Positions 24,610 through 37,548 of a stretch of 64,000 nucleotides of DNA are shown here, in pieces. Below the pieces are notes generated by a model. That model was not told the DNA's origin and made no database searches. It saw nothing but the letters and a program-made list of their open reading frames with translations. Position 1 is the first letter of the stretch, and the number at the start of each line of letters is the position of its first letter. The stretch is from Pecten maximus. Lineage: Eukaryota. The position numbers and the translations under genes were made by a program. The stretch is taken from positions 12,524,001 through 12,588,000 of the forward strand of contig NC_047015.1 in NCBI RefSeq assembly GCF_902652985.1, read 5' to 3'.

Positions 24610-25205
24610 ATGTAGGAGATGGCTTACTTATTGATTCAAGAGATGATTGACTTACTGATGTAGTAGGTGGTTCACGTGATGATGTTGTAGGTGGTTCACA
24701 TACTGATGTAAGAGGAGACTCGCATACTAATCTAAGATGTGGTTCACATACTGATGTAGGATATGGCTTACTTATTGATTCAGGAGGTGGTTAACCTGCT
24801 ACAGATCTCTGTATGTAGGAAGTGGTTTACTTACTGATGTAGTAGGTGGTTCACATGCTGATGTAAGAGGAGACTCGCATACTAATCTAATATGTGGTTC
24901 CCTTACTGGTGTAGTAGGTGGTTCACTTGCTGATGTAGGGTATGGCTTACCTATTAATTCAGGAGACGGTTGACTTACTGATGAAGTAGGTGGTTCACAT
25001 GCTGATGTAGTGGGTGGTTCACATGCTAATGTAGTGGGTGGTTCACATGCTAATGTAGTAGGTGGTTCACATGCCGATGTAGTGGGTGGTTCACATGGTG
25101 ATGTAGTAGGTGGTTCACATGGTGATGTAGTAGGTGGTTCACACGCTGATGTAGTAGGTGGTTCACTTACTGATGTAGGAAGTATACATAGTTCACGTTA
25201 TGATG
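24610..25205 (+). repeat. 24-bp GGTTCAC..CTGATGTAG minisatellite block
   Basis: Same family as 16000-16840. Confidence 0.85.
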
Positions 25206-25359
25206 TAGTATGTAGTATTATAAAGAGCCGGACCCATTGAACAGTAATTGGGTGTGTTTTATTATATTGCATTCGATTTTTAGAAATAATTTTTAATTGT
25301 GTTACTACGTTTATGAGATTACATGAGCCAATTGGTGAAGTACGACGTTGTCATTACGA

Positions 25360-25820
25360 TACAAAGGGTTATTTCCTCTGTATCTTATTCAAGAAATGTC
25401 AAATATGGGTGTTTAACGGACCTGATCGCCCTGATAAAACAACAGTTCTTTTAAACACAGACTGGGGAAAGTTGTTAAAACAAAAGGCTTAACGTGTAGG
25501 AGGTGGAACATGAACATTGGAGGCAGAGATCTCCCTATAGTGGATACTTTGTTGACACTGACATCTTAGTCTTCTTAGATGAGAGTTTTGACATGGGTCG
25601 AATTGAAGACGCCCAGAAAGCAGCACTGAATGATATGAATTTGTCTGGAGGTATGACTCCAGTAGATAAACTGGACATGGAGGATGTCCACTACCCCAGG
25701 GTTACCCTGATTACCGAGAATGGGCTATCCATAAAACCCACACCTACACGCCTGTGAATTATAGTATGAGATACCTCAGCCACCACCCGGGAAGAATTGT
25801 ACTGGGTTGTAAAGGCTGCT
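25360..25820 (+). pseudogene. Heavily decayed ARF-like pseudogene A
   Basis: Collinear nucleotide remnants of the ARF CDS (TTAACGGACCTGAT, TAAAACAACA, AGACTGGGGAA, TTGGAGGCAG, ATGACTCCAG, AAACTGGACATGG, TACCTCAGCCACCACC) with deletions and frameshifts. Confidence 0.75.
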
Positions 25821-26630
25821 GAGATTCGATATTAATGTCGTTTTGTTACAGTTGAACTAAATGTTCATAAAACCTTCTTTACGTCTTCTGACTCGATTGT
25901 ACTGTTACATCTCTATCATTATTGGTATTCTGTACCGAAGTTTATTTGAGGTTTCAGTTATATGAACAATTTACAAACCACCCGCCTACAACCAAAAATG
26001 GCATATCATCAGTATTTTTGTTAAGTAATCCGTGTTACGAATCATACATAATGTATTTACGTGTATAATGTTTGGGGAAGTTATGCGTTGCATCTAAGAG
26101 TCCACTTTATTGAATGGGATACGGATATATCGACATAACAAAACCTTACAATCATGGGTACTTGTAAACGTTTTGACAGTCACCTATAGTAACCTGTATC
26201 AAAATGTAAATGATAACCACGATTGAGCAAAGCTCACAATTAACCTAAACTGTTCTAAATTGGTATGGAAATATTTCTACGTACAAGATCAAAGTGTGTT
26301 CGGAATAGATATCGAGCTGTTTTGTTGTATAAATTACGTTAAAAGTCCTAGATACATGCGAACATGTGTTTGTGTAAAAGTATAAAAGTCAGCTGATGGT
26401 GTCCTGAAGACAGTACCAAGAGTGATTGTATACCACACTGTTGTGGTCTGTAGATGATGCAAAAATACATAAATCCACGGACATGTTTAAATCATATTAT
26501 CATGTATTTGCCAACTTTCAAACATCTGCTATCTGTCCCGATACTGATAAAATCTAACCATTTAAAATTGTGTAAAGCTTATTTTTGTATTTGAATGCCG
26601 TTCAGCATTATGCCTGAAAATTTCTCCTTT

Positions 26631-27345
26631 TTAGCTCGTCTCTTCGAAGAAGAGTGAGAGCTTATGTCGTCACTCCGGCGTCGGCGTTGGTTTTTCAAAT
26701 TTTAAATGTTTGGTGCAAGAGTAGTAATAGTAATTTATGGTAATATAGTCCTTCTGGGGGTTAAACTATCCCCTGCCGGAGTTAAACTTAAAGATTTTTT
26801 TTGGGAGGAAAAAGACAGATTTTGAAAATGTTTGCGTTAAGTTTTTGTGCAAATGTTGAAAGCTAATAACACATCACTTTATGATTGTACTAGGGTGCTG
26901 ATGTTTGGTAAAAGAGTCCATATGGAGTTACACCATCACTTCTTGTGATGTAACTGAAAATAAAACAATGTGAAAATTCTCACATTAGACAATTTAGTCC
27001 ACAGTCCAGTCCACATTTTTCAAGGTAAACAACTCTCATAAGGATAATATTTAATCAAAAAATTGAAGAAATATGTCCAAAAGCAATTACATTTGTATTT
27101 GATATATTCATTTAATCAACAACAGCATAACTAATCTCCCGAATGTTTTTCAATAAATAATTGATATATATATATAAATTGATATGGTTTTGAAAATTGC
27201 ATGAATTCACAAAACATAATCTGATCAAGTAAACAATATAAATATTATTTATGCAATTTGCGAAACCATTCCAATTGATGTATTTTAATTATTTATTGAC
27301 AAATGTTTGCGAGACGAGCTATGCTGTTCTCCAACAGCTTTTGTT
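26631..27345 (+). mobile_element. HINE-type element without a satellite array, upstream of ARF copy 2
   Basis: Subterminal inverted repeat AGCTCGTCTC/GAGACGAGCT, (GGCGTC)n, 3' stem-loop then TTGTT. Absent upstream of copies 1 and 3. Confidence 0.85.
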
Positions 27346-27626
27346 TACTCTGCAACTTGTAAGTTTAAATGGAAAATTCTGTTGGATTAGTTCAGAGTAG
27401 GTAATCATGTGCCATCAAGGTGTAATAAATCTTCTGTATATACTTATTTACTAAACTCAAATTTGTAGCGTGTAGCGACATACCTGATTATGCCCCCTGC
27501 TTCAATAGTCATTTGGAACAGCGTGGCCTTGTTTACACATCACCTGGTGACGTGTATCGGAGTATAAATACCACAGGTACACAATACAATAGGTAATGTG
27601 TAAGGGCCGGGTGTCTGTCCGCAGCA

Positions 27627-28274
27627 ATGGGAGGCATATTCTGTAAATTATTCCGGAAACGTCAAATGAGAGTGTTGTTAAACGGGCTTGATGCTGCAGG
27701 TAAAACAACAACTCTATACAACCTCAGACTTGGGGAAGTCGTCACGACAATTCCTACAATCGGTTTTAACGTTGAGACGGTGGAGTATAAAAAAATACAG
27801 TTGGTGACTTGGGACGTTGGAGGCAGGGACAAAATGCGGCCCCTGTATAGACATTACTACACCGGGACTGATGCGGTTGTTTTTGTTGTTGACAGTAATG
27901 ATAAAGAACGAACTGAAGAAGCCAAGAAGGAACTTCATGCTATCATGAAGGAAGACATGCTCAATGAAGTGATTATTGTCATAATGGCTAACAAACAGGA
28001 TTTACCCGGATCTATGACTCCAGAGGAGGTCCACGAGAAACTGGACGTGGATTCTATCTGTAAAACTCACACGTGTAAAGTGTTTGGTACCTCAGCCACC
28101 ACCGGTGAGGGACTGTATGACATGCTCGATTGGCTTGTAGAGGCTGTCAATAAGAAACAAGCAACAGCGATACTGAGAGGAAAGGACGAGTGTGTAACTG
28201 TTGAAAAGGATTCTAAGTCATCATACTTTACAACGCCTTTGTCATATATCAAACACATGTTTTCAAAAGTGTAA
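27627..28274 (+). CDS. Intronless ARF-like small GTPase, copy 2 (215 aa)
   Basis: [42 protein letters not shown]. Confidence 0.95.
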   Translation: MGGIFCKLFRKRQMRVLLNGLDAAGKTTTLYNLRLGEVVTTIPTIGFNVETVEYKKIQLVTWDVGGRDKMRPLYRHYYTGTDAVVFVVDSNDKERTEEAKKELHAIMKEDMLNEVIIVIMANKQDLPGSMTPEEVHEKLDVDSICKTHTCKVFGTSATTGEGLYDMLDWLVEAVNKKQATAILRGKDECVTVEKDSKSSYFTTPLSYIKHMFSKV

Positions 28275-28679
28275 GGAAAGTTAAGTTCGATTATATCACT
28301 AACGTCACAGTCACAATACTGGTATAATATAAATATTGCCATTTTTAGTTTAAGCTGTATTTTTTTTTTCAATATATAGTATATGTATACTATAAATTGA
28401 TTTACTAGTAGCCTACTTGGTACTTGTATATTGTTACATGTATATGGTTTTGTTTCATTTACTTACTGATACTTGTTTTTATCATGATACTGTTGAACAC
28501 ATGAAATTGCATTATCTTACTACATGTATTATCTTATTTCAATATCATGTTATGTTTGTTGTTTTATTAAAACATACATTAAAGGATCTGTATGTCTCAT
28601 TATTTGTAATGAACCTGATGTTATAGGATCTAGATCTATATGTCCCATTATTTGTAATTAACCTGGTGTTACAAGTTAC

Positions 28680-29730
28680 AGATGTAGGAGATGGCTTACT
28701 TATTGATTCAGGAGATGATTGACTTACTGATGTAGTAGGTGGTTCACGTGATGATGTAGTAGTTGGTTCACATACTGATGTAAGAGGAGACTCGCATACT
28801 AATCTAATATGTGGTTCACTTACTGGTGTAGTAGGTGGTTCACTTGCTGATGTAGGGTATGGCGTACCTATTAATTCAGGAGATGGTTGACTTACTGATG
28901 AAGTAGGTGGTTCACATGCTGATGTAGTGGGTGGTTCACATGCTAATGTAGTAGGTGGTTCACATGGTGATGAAGTAGGTGGTTCCCATGGTGATGTGGT
29001 AGGTGGTTCACACGCTGATGTAGTAGGTGGTTCACTTGCTGATGTAGGGTATGGCTTACCTATTGATTCAGGAGATGGTTTACCTGCTACATATCTCTGT
29101 ATGTAGGAGATGGTTCACTTACTGATGTAGGAAGTATACATAGTTCACGTTATGATGTAGTATGTAGTATTATAAAGAGCCGGACCCATTGAACAGTAAT
29201 TGGGAGATGTAGGAGATGGCTTACTTATTGATTCAGGAGATGATTGACTTACTGATGTAGTAGGTGGTTCACGTGATGATGTAGTAGGTGGTTCACATAC
29301 TGATGTAAGAGGAGACTCGATTACTAATCTAATATGTGGTTCACTTACTGGTGTAGTAGGTGGTTCACTTGCTGATGTAGGGTATGGCGTACCTATTAAT
29401 TCAGGAGATGGTTGACTTACTGATGAAGTAGGTGGTTCACATGCTGATGTAGTGGGTGGTTCACATGCTAATGTAGTAGGTGGTTCACATGGTGATGAAG
29501 TAGGTGGTTCACATGGTGATGTGGTAGGTGGTTCACACGCTGATGTAGTAGGTGGTTCACTTGCTGATGTAGGGTATGGCTTACCTATTGATTCAGGAGA
29601 TGGTTTACCTGCTACATATCTCTGTATGTAGGAGATGGTTCACTTACTGATGTAGGAAGTATACATAGTTCACGTTCTGATGTAGTATGTAGTATTATAA
29701 AGAGCCGGACCCATTGAACAGTAATTGGGT
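28680..29730 (+). repeat. 24-bp minisatellite block, itself tandemly duplicated (about 525 bp x2)
   Basis: 28680-29204 is repeated at 29205-29730. Confidence 0.85.
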
Positions 29731-30109
29731 GTGTTTTATTATATTGCATTTGATTTTGAGAAATAATTTTTAATTGTGTTACTAACAAATTCGTTATTTG
29801 AATCAGTCTTTGAAAAATGGAGCTATATACTACGAACATAGTCATAATCATAGGACAAGAAGGAGGAGGATGTAGGCCATCACCTCGTGACACATTTTAT
29901 AAAGAATCAAACAAAGAGAGAGTAATGTTGCTTAATTCAACAACATTTTGTTTACATGTCCTTATGTAGTATAGTTTTTGATCTGCCGATGAAAGATGAT
30001 TTTCTCACACATATAACGTATTGTTTTTATTTGCAAAAACATTGTCTGTATGTGTGCGTTTATGAGATTACATGAGCCAATTGGTGAAGTACGACTTTGT
30101 CATTACGAT

Positions 30110-30572
30110 ACAAAGGGCTATTTCCTCTGTATCTTATTCAAGAAATGTCAAATATGTGTGTTGTTTAACGGACCTGATCGCCATGATAAAACAACAGTTC
30201 TTTTAAACACAGACTGGGGAAAGTTGTTAAAACAAAAGGCTTAACGTGTAGGAGGTGAAACATGAACATTGGAGGCAGAGATCTCCCTATAGTGGATACT
30301 TTGTTGACACTGACATCTTAGTCTTCGTAGATGAGAGGTTTTACATGGGTCGAATTGAAGACGCCCAGAAAGCAGCACTGAATGATATGAATTTGTCTGG
30401 AGGTATGACTCCAGTAGATAAACTGGACATGGAGGATGTCCACTACCCCAGGGTTACCCTGATTACCGAGAATGGACTATCCATAAAACCCACACCTGTA
30501 CGCCTGTGAATTATAGTATGAGATACCTCAGTCACCACCCGGGAAGAATTGTACTGGGTTGTAAAGGCTGCT
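30110..30572 (+). pseudogene. Heavily decayed ARF-like pseudogene B
   Basis: Near-identical to pseudogene A; residual translation ICVLFNGPDRHDKTTVL is a degraded P-loop. Confidence 0.75.
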
Positions 30573-31662
30573 GAGATTCGATATTAATGTCGTTTTGTTA
30601 CAGTTGAACTAAATGTTAATAAAACCTTCTTTACGTCTCCTGACTCGATTGTACTGTTACATCTCTATCATTATAGATATTCTGTACCGAAGTTTATTTG
30701 AAGTTTCAGTTATGTGAACAATTTACAAACCACCCGCTTACAAACAAATAATGGCATATCATGAATATTTTTCTTTAGTAATCTGTGTTACAAATCCGTG
30801 TGGTTTTCCATCAATTACAGGTACATAATGCATTTACGTGTATAATGTTTTGGGAAGTTATGCGTTGCATCTAAGAGTCCACTTTATTGAATGGGATACG
30901 GATATATCGACATAACAAAACCTTACAATCATGGGTACTTGTAAACGTTTTGACAGTCACCTATAGTAACCTGTATCAAAATGTAAATGATAACCACGAT
31001 TGAACAAAGCTCACAATTAACCTAATCTGTTCTAAATTTGTATGGAAACATATCTACGTACAAGATCAAAGTTGATTCGGACTAGATATCGAGCTGTTTT
31101 GTATAGATTACGTTAAAATCCTAGATACATGCGAAAATGTGTTTGTAAAAGTATAACTGTCAGCTGATGGTGTCCTGAAGACAATACCAAGAGTGACTGT
31201 ATAACACTGTTGTGGTCTGTAGATGATTGAAAAATTTATAAATCCACGGACATGTCTTAATTATCCTGTATTTGCTAACTTTCAAACGTGGTATCTGTCT
31301 CGATACTGATAAAATCTAACCATTTAAAATTGTTTAAAGCTTAATTTCTATTTGAATGCCGTTCAACATCATACGTGAACATTTCTCATTGTTTTTACTC
31401 TACAACATGCAAGGTTAAATAGAAAATTATATTGGATTAATTTTAGAATTTGTAACGATGTCACGTAACGGTGTAATACATCTTCTGTATATACGTATTT
31501 ACTAAACGCAAATTTGTAGCGTGCAGCGACATATCTGATTATGCCCCCTGTTTTCAGTCTGGCCTTGTTTACACATCACCTGGTGACGTGTATCGGAGTA
31601 TAAATACCACAGGTACACAATACAATAGGTAATGTGTAAGGGCCGGGTGTCTCTCCGCAGTA

Positions 31663-32310
31663 ATGGGAGGCATATTCTGTAAATTATTCCGGAAACGTCA
31701 AATGAGAGTGTTGCTGAACGGACTTGATGCTGCAGGTAAAACAACAATTCTTTACCAACTCAGACTTGGGGAAGTCGTCACGACAATTCCCACAATCGGT
31801 TTTAACGTTGAGACGGTGGAATATAAGAACGTGCAGTTGGTAACATGGGACGTTGGAGGCAGGGACAAAATGCGGCCCCTATTTAGACATTACTATCCGG
31901 GGACTGATGCGGTTGTTTTTGTGGTTGACAGTAATGATAAAGAACGAACTGAACAAGCTCAGAAGGAACTTCATGCTATCATTAAGGAAGACTCGGTGAA
32001 GGAAGTTATAATTGTCATAATGGCCAACAAACAGGATTTACCCGGATCTATGACTCCAGAGGAGGTCCACGAGAAACTGGACGTGGATTCTATCTGTAAA
32101 ACTCACACGTGTAAAGTGTTTGGTACCTCAGCCACCACCGGTGAGGGACTGTATGACATGCTCGATTGGCTTGTAGAGGCTGTCAATACGAAACAAGCAA
32201 CAGCGATATTGAGAGGAAAGGACGAGTGTGTAACTGTTGAAAAGGATTCCAAGTCATCATACTTTACAACGCCTTTGTCATATATCAAACACATGTTTTC
32301 AAAAGTGTAA
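31663..32310 (+). CDS. Intronless ARF-like small GTPase, copy 3 (215 aa)
   Basis: [47 protein letters not shown]. Confidence 0.95.
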   Translation: MGGIFCKLFRKRQMRVLLNGLDAAGKTTILYQLRLGEVVTTIPTIGFNVETVEYKNVQLVTWDVGGRDKMRPLFRHYYPGTDAVVFVVDSNDKERTEQAQKELHAIIKEDSVKEVIIVIMANKQDLPGSMTPEEVHEKLDVDSICKTHTCKVFGTSATTGEGLYDMLDWLVEAVNTKQATAILRGKDECVTVEKDSKSSYFTTPLSYIKHMFSKV

Positions 32311-32615
32311 GGAAAGTTAAGTTCGATTATATCACCAACGTCACAGTCACAATACTGGAATAATTTACATATGGCCATTTTTAGTTTAAGCTGTATTTTT
32401 TTCAATATATAGTATATGTATGTTATAAATTGATTTACTAGTAGCCTACTTGGTACTTGTATATTGTTATATGTATATGGTTTTGTTTCATTTATTTACT
32501 GATACTTGTTTTTATTAAGATACTGTTGAACACATCAAATTGCATTATCTTACTACATGTATTATCTTATTTCAATATCATGTTATGTTTGTTATTTTAT
32601 TAAAAGATACATTAA

Positions 32616-32993
32616 AGGATCTGTATGTCTCATTATTTGTAATTAACCTGATGTTATAGGATCTAGGTATATATGTCTCATTATTTGTAATTAACCTGAT
32701 GTTATAGGATCTAGATCTATATGTCCCATTATTTGTAATTAACCTGATGTTATAGGATCTAGATCTATATGTCTCAATATTTGTAATTAACCTGATGTTA
32801 TAGGATCTAGATATGTATGTCCCATTATTTGTAATTAACCTGATGTTATAGGATCTAGATCTATATGTCCCATTATTTGTAATTAACCTGATGTTATAGG
32901 ATCTAGATTTGTATATCCCATTATTTGTAATTAACCTGATCTCATAGGATCTAGATCTGTATGTCCCATTATTTGTAATTAACCTGGTGTTAC
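32616..32993 (+). repeat. 48-bp minisatellite (about 8 copies), ARF unit 3
   Basis: Same unit as 24226-24600. Confidence 0.9.
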
Positions 32994-33609
32994 AAGTTAC
33001 AGATGTAGGAGATGGCTTACTTATTGATTCATGAGATGGTTGGACTTACTGATGTAGTAGGTGGTTTACGTATGGTTTACCTGCAGCGCTACAGATCTCT
33101 GTATGTAGGAGATGGTTCACTTACTGATGTAGGAAGTATACATAGTTCACGTTCTGATGTAGTATGTAGTATTATAAAGAGCCGGACCCATTGAACAGTA
33201 ATTGGGTGTGTGTTATTGTATTGCATTTGTTTTTTAGAAATAATTTTTAATTGTGTTACTAACAAATTCGTTATTTGAATCAGTCTTTGAAAAATGGAGC
33301 TATAGACTACGAACATAGTTATAATCATAGGACAAGAAGGAGGAGGATGTAGGCCATCACCTCGTGATACATTTTATAAAGAATCAAGCAAGAAGAAAGT
33401 AACGTTGCTTAATTCAACAACATTTTGTTTATATGTCCGAGGTAGTATAGCTTTTGATCTGCTGACACTTTTCGCACGAATATAATGTAGTTTTTTTGGT
33501 GTTTTTTTTTCTAAAACATTATCTATATGTGTGCGTAAATTAGATTACATTGGCAGCCCCTGACCCAATTAGTGACATACTGTTATTACTGGAATTTGTT
33601 ATTACGATA

Positions 33610-34115
33610 CAAAGGGTTATTTCCTCTGTATATTCATGTACGACAGGTATGGTATATTTGTAAATTATTCCTTATTGGAAAAAAAAAAGTCAAATATGGG
33701 TGCTGTTAAACGGACCTGATCGCCCTGGTAAAACAACAGTTTTCTGAAACTCGGACTGGGGACTGGAAATTTAAAACAAAGGGCTTAACGTGTAGGAGTT
33801 GGAACATAAGCATGGGAGGCAGAGATCTCCCTAAAGTGGATACTTTGTTGACACTGATATCTTTATTTTCTTAGATGAGAGTTTTGACATGGGTCGAATT
33901 GAAGACGCCCAGAAAGCAGCACTGAATGATATGAATTTGTCTGGAGGTATGACTCCAGTAGATAAACTGGACGTGGAGGATGTCCACTACCCCAGGGAAC
34001 CCTGGTTACCAAGAATGGGCTATCCATAAAACCCACACCTACACGCCTGTGCGTTATAGTATGAGATACCTCAGTCACCACCCGGGAAGAATTGTACTGG
34101 GTTGTAAAGGCTGCT
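33610..34115 (+). pseudogene. Heavily decayed ARF-like pseudogene C
   Basis: GTGCTGTTAAACGGACCTGATCGCCCTGGTAAAACAACA (VLLNGPDRPGKTT) and the same downstream remnants as A and B. Confidence 0.78.
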
Positions 34116-34924
34116 GAGATTCGATATTAATGTCGTTTTGTTACAGTTGAACTAAATGTTAATAAAACCTCCTTTACGTCTTCTGACTCGATTGTACTGT
34201 TACATCTCTATCATTATAGATATTCTGTACCGAAGTTTATTTGAAGTTTCAGTTATGTGAACAATTTACAAACCACCCGCCTACAACCAAAAATGGCATA
34301 TCATCAGTATTTTTGTTAAGTAATCCGTGTTACGAATCATACATAATGTATTTACGTGTATATTGTTTGGGGAAGTTATGCGTTGCATCTAAGAGTCCAC
34401 TTTATTGAATGGGATACGGATATATCGACATTACATAACCTTACAATCATGGGTACTTGTAAACGTTTTGACAGTCACCTATAGTAACCTGTATCAAAAT
34501 GTAAATGATAACCATGATTGAGCAAAGCTCACAATTAACCTAATCTGTTCTAAATTTGTATGGAAATATTTCTATGTACAAGATCAAAGTGTGTTCGGAA
34601 TAGATATCGAGCTGTTTTGTTGTATAAATTACGTTAAAAGTCCTAGATACATGCGAACATGTGTTTGTGTAAAAGTATAAAAGTCAGCTGATGGTGTCCT
34701 GAAGACAGTGCCAAGAGTGATTGTATACCACACTGTTGTGGTCTGTAGATGATGCAAAAATATATAAATCCACGGACATGTTTAAATCATATTATCATGT
34801 ATTTGCCAACTTTCAAACATCTGCTATCTGTCCCGATACTGATAAAATCTAACCATTTAAAATTGTGTAAAGCTTATTTTCTATTTGAATGCCGTTCAGC
34901 ATTATGCATGAAAATTTCTCCTTT

Positions 34925-35638
34925 TTAGCTCGTCTCTTCGAAGAAGAGTGAGAGCTTATGTCGTCACTCCGGCGTCGGCGTTGGTTTTTCAAATTTTAAA
35001 TGTTTGGTGCAAGTGTAGTAATAGTAATTTAGGGTAATATAGTCCTTCTGGGGGTTAAACTATCCCCTGCCGGAGTTAAACAAAGATTTTTTTGGGGGGG
35101 GGGAAAAACAGATTTTGAAAATGTTTGCGTTAAGTTTTTGTGCAAATGTTGAAAGCTAATAACACATCACTTTATGATTGTACTAGGGTGCTGATATTTG
35201 GTAAAAGAGTCCCTATGGAGTTACACCATCACTTCTTGTGATGAAACTGAAAATAAAACAATGTGAAAATGCTCACATTAGACAATTTAGTCCACAGTCC
35301 AGTCCACATTTTTCAAGGTAAACAACTCTCATAAGGATAATATTTTATCAAAAAAATGAAGAAATATGTCCAAAAGCAATTACATTTGTATTTGATATAT
35401 TCATTTAATCAACAACAGCATAACTAATCTCCCGAATGTTTTTCAATAAATAATTGATATATATATATAAATTGATATGGTTTTGAAAATTGCATGAATT
35501 CACAAAACATAATCTGATCAAGTAAACAATATAAATATTATTTATGCAATTTGCGAAACCATTCCAATTGATGTATTTTAATTATTTATTGACAAACGTT
35601 TGCGAGACGAGCTATGCTGTTCTCCAACGGCTTTTGTT
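34925..35638 (+). mobile_element. Paralogous copy of the 26631-27345 HINE-type element, upstream of ARF copy 4
   Basis: Same insertion point and near-identical sequence. Confidence 0.85.
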
Positions 35639-35919
35639 TACTCTGCAACTTGTAAGTTTAAATGGAAAATTCTGTTGGATTAGTTCAGAGTAGGTAATCA
35701 TGTGCCATAAAGGTGTAATAAATCTTCTGTATATACTTATTTACTAAACTCAAATTTGTAGCGTGTAGCGACATACCTGATTATGCCCCCTGCTTCAATA
35801 GTCATTTGGAACAGCGTGGCCTTGTTTACACATCACCTGGTGACGTGTATCGGAGTATAAATACCACAGGTACACAATACAATAGGTAATGTGTAAGGGC
35901 CGGGTGTCTGTCCGCAGCA

Positions 35920-36568
35920 ATGGGAGGCATATTCTGTAAATTATTCCGGAAACGTCAAATGAGAGTGTTGTTAAACGGACTTGATGCTGCAGGTAAAACA
36001 ACAACTCTATACAAACTCAGACTTGGGGAAGTCGTCACGACAATTCCTACAATCGGTTTGAACATTGAGACGGTGGAGTATAAAAAAATACAGTTGGTGA
36101 CTTGGGACGTTGGAGGCAGGGACAAAATGCGGCCCCTGTATAGACATTACTACACCGGGACTGATGCGGTTGTTTTTGTTGTTGACAGTAATGATAAAGA
36201 ACGAACTGAAGAAGCCAAGAAGGAACTTCATGCTATCATGAAGGAAGACATGCTCAATGAAGTGATTATTGTCATAATGGCCAACAAACAGGATTTACCC
36301 GGATCTATGACTCCAGAGGAGGTCCACGAGAAACTGGACGTGAATTATATCCGTAAAACCCACACGTGTAAAGTGTTTCGGTACCTCAGCCACCACCGGT
36401 GAGGGACTGTATGACATGCTCGATTGGCTTGTAGAGGCTGTCAATACGAAACAAGCAACAGCGTTACTGAGAGGAAAGGACGAGTGTGTAACTGTTGAAA
36501 AGGATTCTAAATCATCATACTTTACAACGCCTTTGTCATATATCAAACACATGTTTTCAAAAGTGTAA
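35920..36568 (+). pseudogene. ARF-like copy 4 with a +1 frameshift (ORF 35920-36402, 160 aa)
   Basis: Extra C at 36379 (GTGTTTCGGTACC vs GTGTTTGGTACC). The rest of the CDS is intact in another frame up to the paralogous TAA at 36568. Confidence 0.85.
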
Positions 36569-36880
36569 GGAAAGTAAGTTCGATTATATCACCAACGTCA
36601 CAGTCACAATACTGGTATAATATAAATATTGCCATTTTTAGTTTAAGCTGTATTTTTTTTTCAATATATAGTACAGTATATGTATACTATAAATTGATTT
36701 ACTAGTAGCCTACTTGGTACTTGTATATTGTTACATGTTTATTGTTTTGTTTCATTTACTTACTGATACTTGTTTTTAATCATGATACTGTTGAACACAT
36801 GAAATTACATTATCTTACTACATGTATTATCTTATTTCATTATCATGTTATGTTTGTTATTTTATTAAAAGATACATTAA

Positions 36881-37548
36881 AGGATCTGTATGTCTCATTA
36901 TTTGTAATGAACTTGTTGTTATAGGATCTAGATCTATATGTCCCATTATTTGTAATTAACCTGATGTTATAGGATCTAGATATATATGTCCCATTATTTG
37001 TAATGAACCTGATCTCATAGGATCTAGATATGTATGTCCCATTATTTGTAATTAACTTGATCTCATAGGATCTAGATCTATATGTCCCATTATTTGTAAT
37101 TAACCTGATGTTATAGGATCTAGATCTGTATGTCCCATTATTTGTAATTAACCTGATGTTATAGGATCTAGATCTGTATGTCCCATTATTTGTAATTAAC
37201 CTGATCTCATAGGATCTAGATCTGTATGTTCCATTATTTGTAATTAACCTGATGTTATAGGATCTAGATCTGTATGTCCCATTATTTGTAATTAACCCGA
37301 TCTCATAGGATCTAGATCTATATGTCTCATTATTTGTAATTAACCTGATCTCATAGGATCTAGATCTATATGTCTCAATATTTGTAATGAACCTGGTGTT
37401 ATAGAATCTAGATATATATGTCTCAATATTTGTAATGAACCTGGTGTTATAGAATCTAGATCTGTATGTCCCATTATTTGTAATTAACCTGATGTTATAG
37501 GATCTAGATCTGTATGTCCCATTATTTGTAATTAACCTGTTGTTACAA
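36881..37548 (+). repeat. 48-bp minisatellite (about 14 copies), ARF unit 4
   Basis: Same unit; explains the spurious 239-aa ORF. Confidence 0.9.

Noticed and set aside
25503-25757. 84-aa ORFs at 25503 and 30255 as novel small proteins
   Set aside because: They start at GTG and are frameshifted remnants of the ARF pseudogenes.
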